Part shown: one piece after another, positions 61,680 through 64,000 of the stretch
How positions within the stretch are numbered: the stretch's first letter is position 1
Layout: every line of letters begins with the position of its first letter
DNA from: Phoronis australis
Lineage: Eukaryota; Animalia; Phoronida
DNA: 64,000 nucleotides
Assembly (NCBI GenBank): GCA_002633005.1
Contig: NMRA01000107.1
Coordinates: 103,492 to 167,491, forward strand
Direction: 5' to 3'
Notes under the pieces: model-generated
What the model was told of the DNA's origin: nothing
The model's input: the letters and a program-made list of their open reading frames with translations, nothing else
Databases searched by the model: none
Translations under genes and position numbers: made by a program

Positions 61680-62075
61680 CACTCGTTGTAAATAAGGTAC
61701 ATGGGAAAAATTACACCCTCAGTGTAAGTGAAGTAAATATGTAAAAACTACCCCACTATAAATAAGGTACGTACTACCCCACTATAAATAAGGTACGTAC
61801 TACCCCACTATAAATAAGGTACGTACCAGGTAAACACTATCCCCTTAGTGTAAATAAGGTACATGGGAAAAACTACACCTCGGTGTAAATAAGGCACACA
61901 GGCAAAAATTACCCCCTCATAGTATATAAGGTAACACAGGTAAAAACTACCCGCTCACACACAAAGGTAGAATCCCTTCCCTGCAAGTATGGCACACAGG
62001 TAAAAACCACCCTCACTGTATAGATAGGTACGTAAAACTAATCCATTCTCTGTAAATGATATTAACACTACCCCC
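61680..62075. repeat. Minisatellite (26-35 bp units)
   Basis: Three perfect ACTACCCCACTATAAATAAGGTACGT copies at 61747-61824 within degenerate GTAAATAAGGTAC...AAAAACTACCCC units. Confidence 0.85.
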
Positions 62076-64000
62076 CTTGCTGTAGTTGCCCTTCTCTTTA
62101 CCAACGAACCATACACACCTTCTGAAAACTTGATTGCACAAACCTTGTGGTTAAAAAGAACAGGCCCAGTTAAGCACTTGTCTAAAATAATTACAGGAGT
62201 TAACTTTTCTCTCTAACAGTAACCTCATTATGTTTCTGCATGCTGAATTTATTTCAAAAGAACGTCACCCACACGCTGTGTCTTGCAAGTGAAATTAATA
62301 CTGATGATCAAGTGAAATAGGTGAAGTTATTTAATTCCTTGCACAAAGTGCACCATACTGATGCCACATAAGACATAATATGAATGGAACAGATTAATTA
62401 ATGAGAATTACTAAGCCTGTTGTACACCATTAAAACGTTGATGAGCTGTGCACAGACTAACTGTTTAGGCACGCACACACACACAGACACGCCAAGTTCA
62501 AGGGGGTTCTTTGCTACTTGGTTTGAATTTGTCCACACAGACTTGACAATGCTGCCTCTGGCTTCCAGTAGCTATAGTAATGGGGGCCTAATATATGGGG
62601 AATTTTGTTGACCTGGACGAACTGAAATCACAGGTCTAGCCAGATTATCGGATATTATTTAAGCCTTAAGGCTATGACTCAGGTACACATATATTTTGTA
62701 CCAACTTTGTTATTATATCGAAATTCGTGATACGTTAAAGTATTTGAACGAGGGCGAAGCAGGTTCAAAGGCTTCTTAAAAATGTTCCTTGCGTACAATT
62801 CTTACCGATTTAAGGTAAAAAATATTAAGAAATTTATCATAAAGTTAACAAAAAATACCGTGTTTACAGCAGTTGCAGTTTTGCTTTTGGGCTCGACGTT
62901 TTTTGATTTGTTTGGAGAACGATTTTAAAATTTTACTCATCTAGTGTAGTGCAATAGTTGTCATGCAATGCAAATGTTTACTGCTTTCCTAATCCCAAGT
63001 ATATTGCGGCAAGTTCGAGACTTTTTGTGTATAAAGTATTTTGATCAGGTGCAAAACCATACGGTATGTGCAGAAAAATTGTCAACAAGATTTTTATTTC
63101 ACATAATTGTTTAGATTTACAAACACATATCATAGTGGTGACATATGTAAATACTGCGAACAGAGCTGAACCCGAAACGATACCATATATACAAACATGT
63201 TGCGTGTGATTATAGTGTATTGTGTGCAAAATGGGGAATTTTGGCATGAAAAGTACTTCTTCCATATCACACACCACACACTACGCCTCATATTTCAATG
63301 TTTTAGTATCACGCGTATAGGATAAACTTTTATTATTATGACAACTCAAAATCGTTTTCATGAGCGAACCCTCTCAAACGACCTTAACATTGCAGTAGAC
63401 TTCATGTGCCCATAATGCTGGATTCTGCACAATTCTTGTTCTATAGCATATGTCCAGATGTTGCCAGAAAAAATAGAAAATGTTGTTTATACCTAAAAGT
63501 CTGGTATTTCCAGGGCTCTAATCACCAGACGCATGTAATTCAATTTTTGGCCACAGGTGCTAAGGTGATTGTACAAAGTCAATCACTACAAACACCCACA
63601 CACTGAACTGTCTTCTATCTGGGGCTGTTTACCCTTGTAAGATATGTCAGCACCTAAACAAGGTAACACAAGCCAGTCCAGCTCTGTTTACCATCAATAT
63701 CATAACTTGTGCTGCTGAAACTTAACCAATGTTCAGGAGGGAGTTCTTAAAAAGGGGGTCATCCCTAGACTGTAGTCACTTGAAGTATCGCATTTTGAGA
63801 CCTAGTTTTCTGCACGCACCCAATCAAACACTGCACAGGTATCAAACTGGTTTTTAAAATCCAGCACACCCTGGAACAGCGCTGCACACCAATTCTCCGC
63901 TAATGACAACCATTTTGTGTCCACAGCATACAGCAAAAATACAAACGTTCCTAAATTGTAATGTTGTCAATGTGCAAATAGAGGTACGCTGCTATGAATA

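Overview
AT-rich, intron-rich eukaryotic DNA, most consistent with a marine invertebrate (inferred from repeat content and gene structure). It holds two convergent spliced genes that I reconstructed by hand. The first is a complete SLC6 Na+/Cl- amino-acid transporter (glycine/proline-transporter-like) on +, with 13 coding exons at about 21239-39620 (~651 aa). The second is a TESK-family kinase on -, with 9 exons at 57439-46389; its first coding exon probably lies beyond the right edge, and one intron is GC-AG. The rest is dense with mobile DNA: a decayed CR1/L2-type LINE, a tRNA-derived SINE, many MITEs and foldbacks, and two internally deleted Kolobok elements with THAP and P2X7-ballast-like (KolX) remnants. 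The most striking structure is a 5.1-kb IS3EU-like element whose termini coincide exactly with the inner ends of an ~850-bp direct duplication, and which carries a nested inverted satellite array. No prokaryotic genes, rRNA, intact tRNA or CRISPR array were found. All alignments were done by eye and no database search was run.
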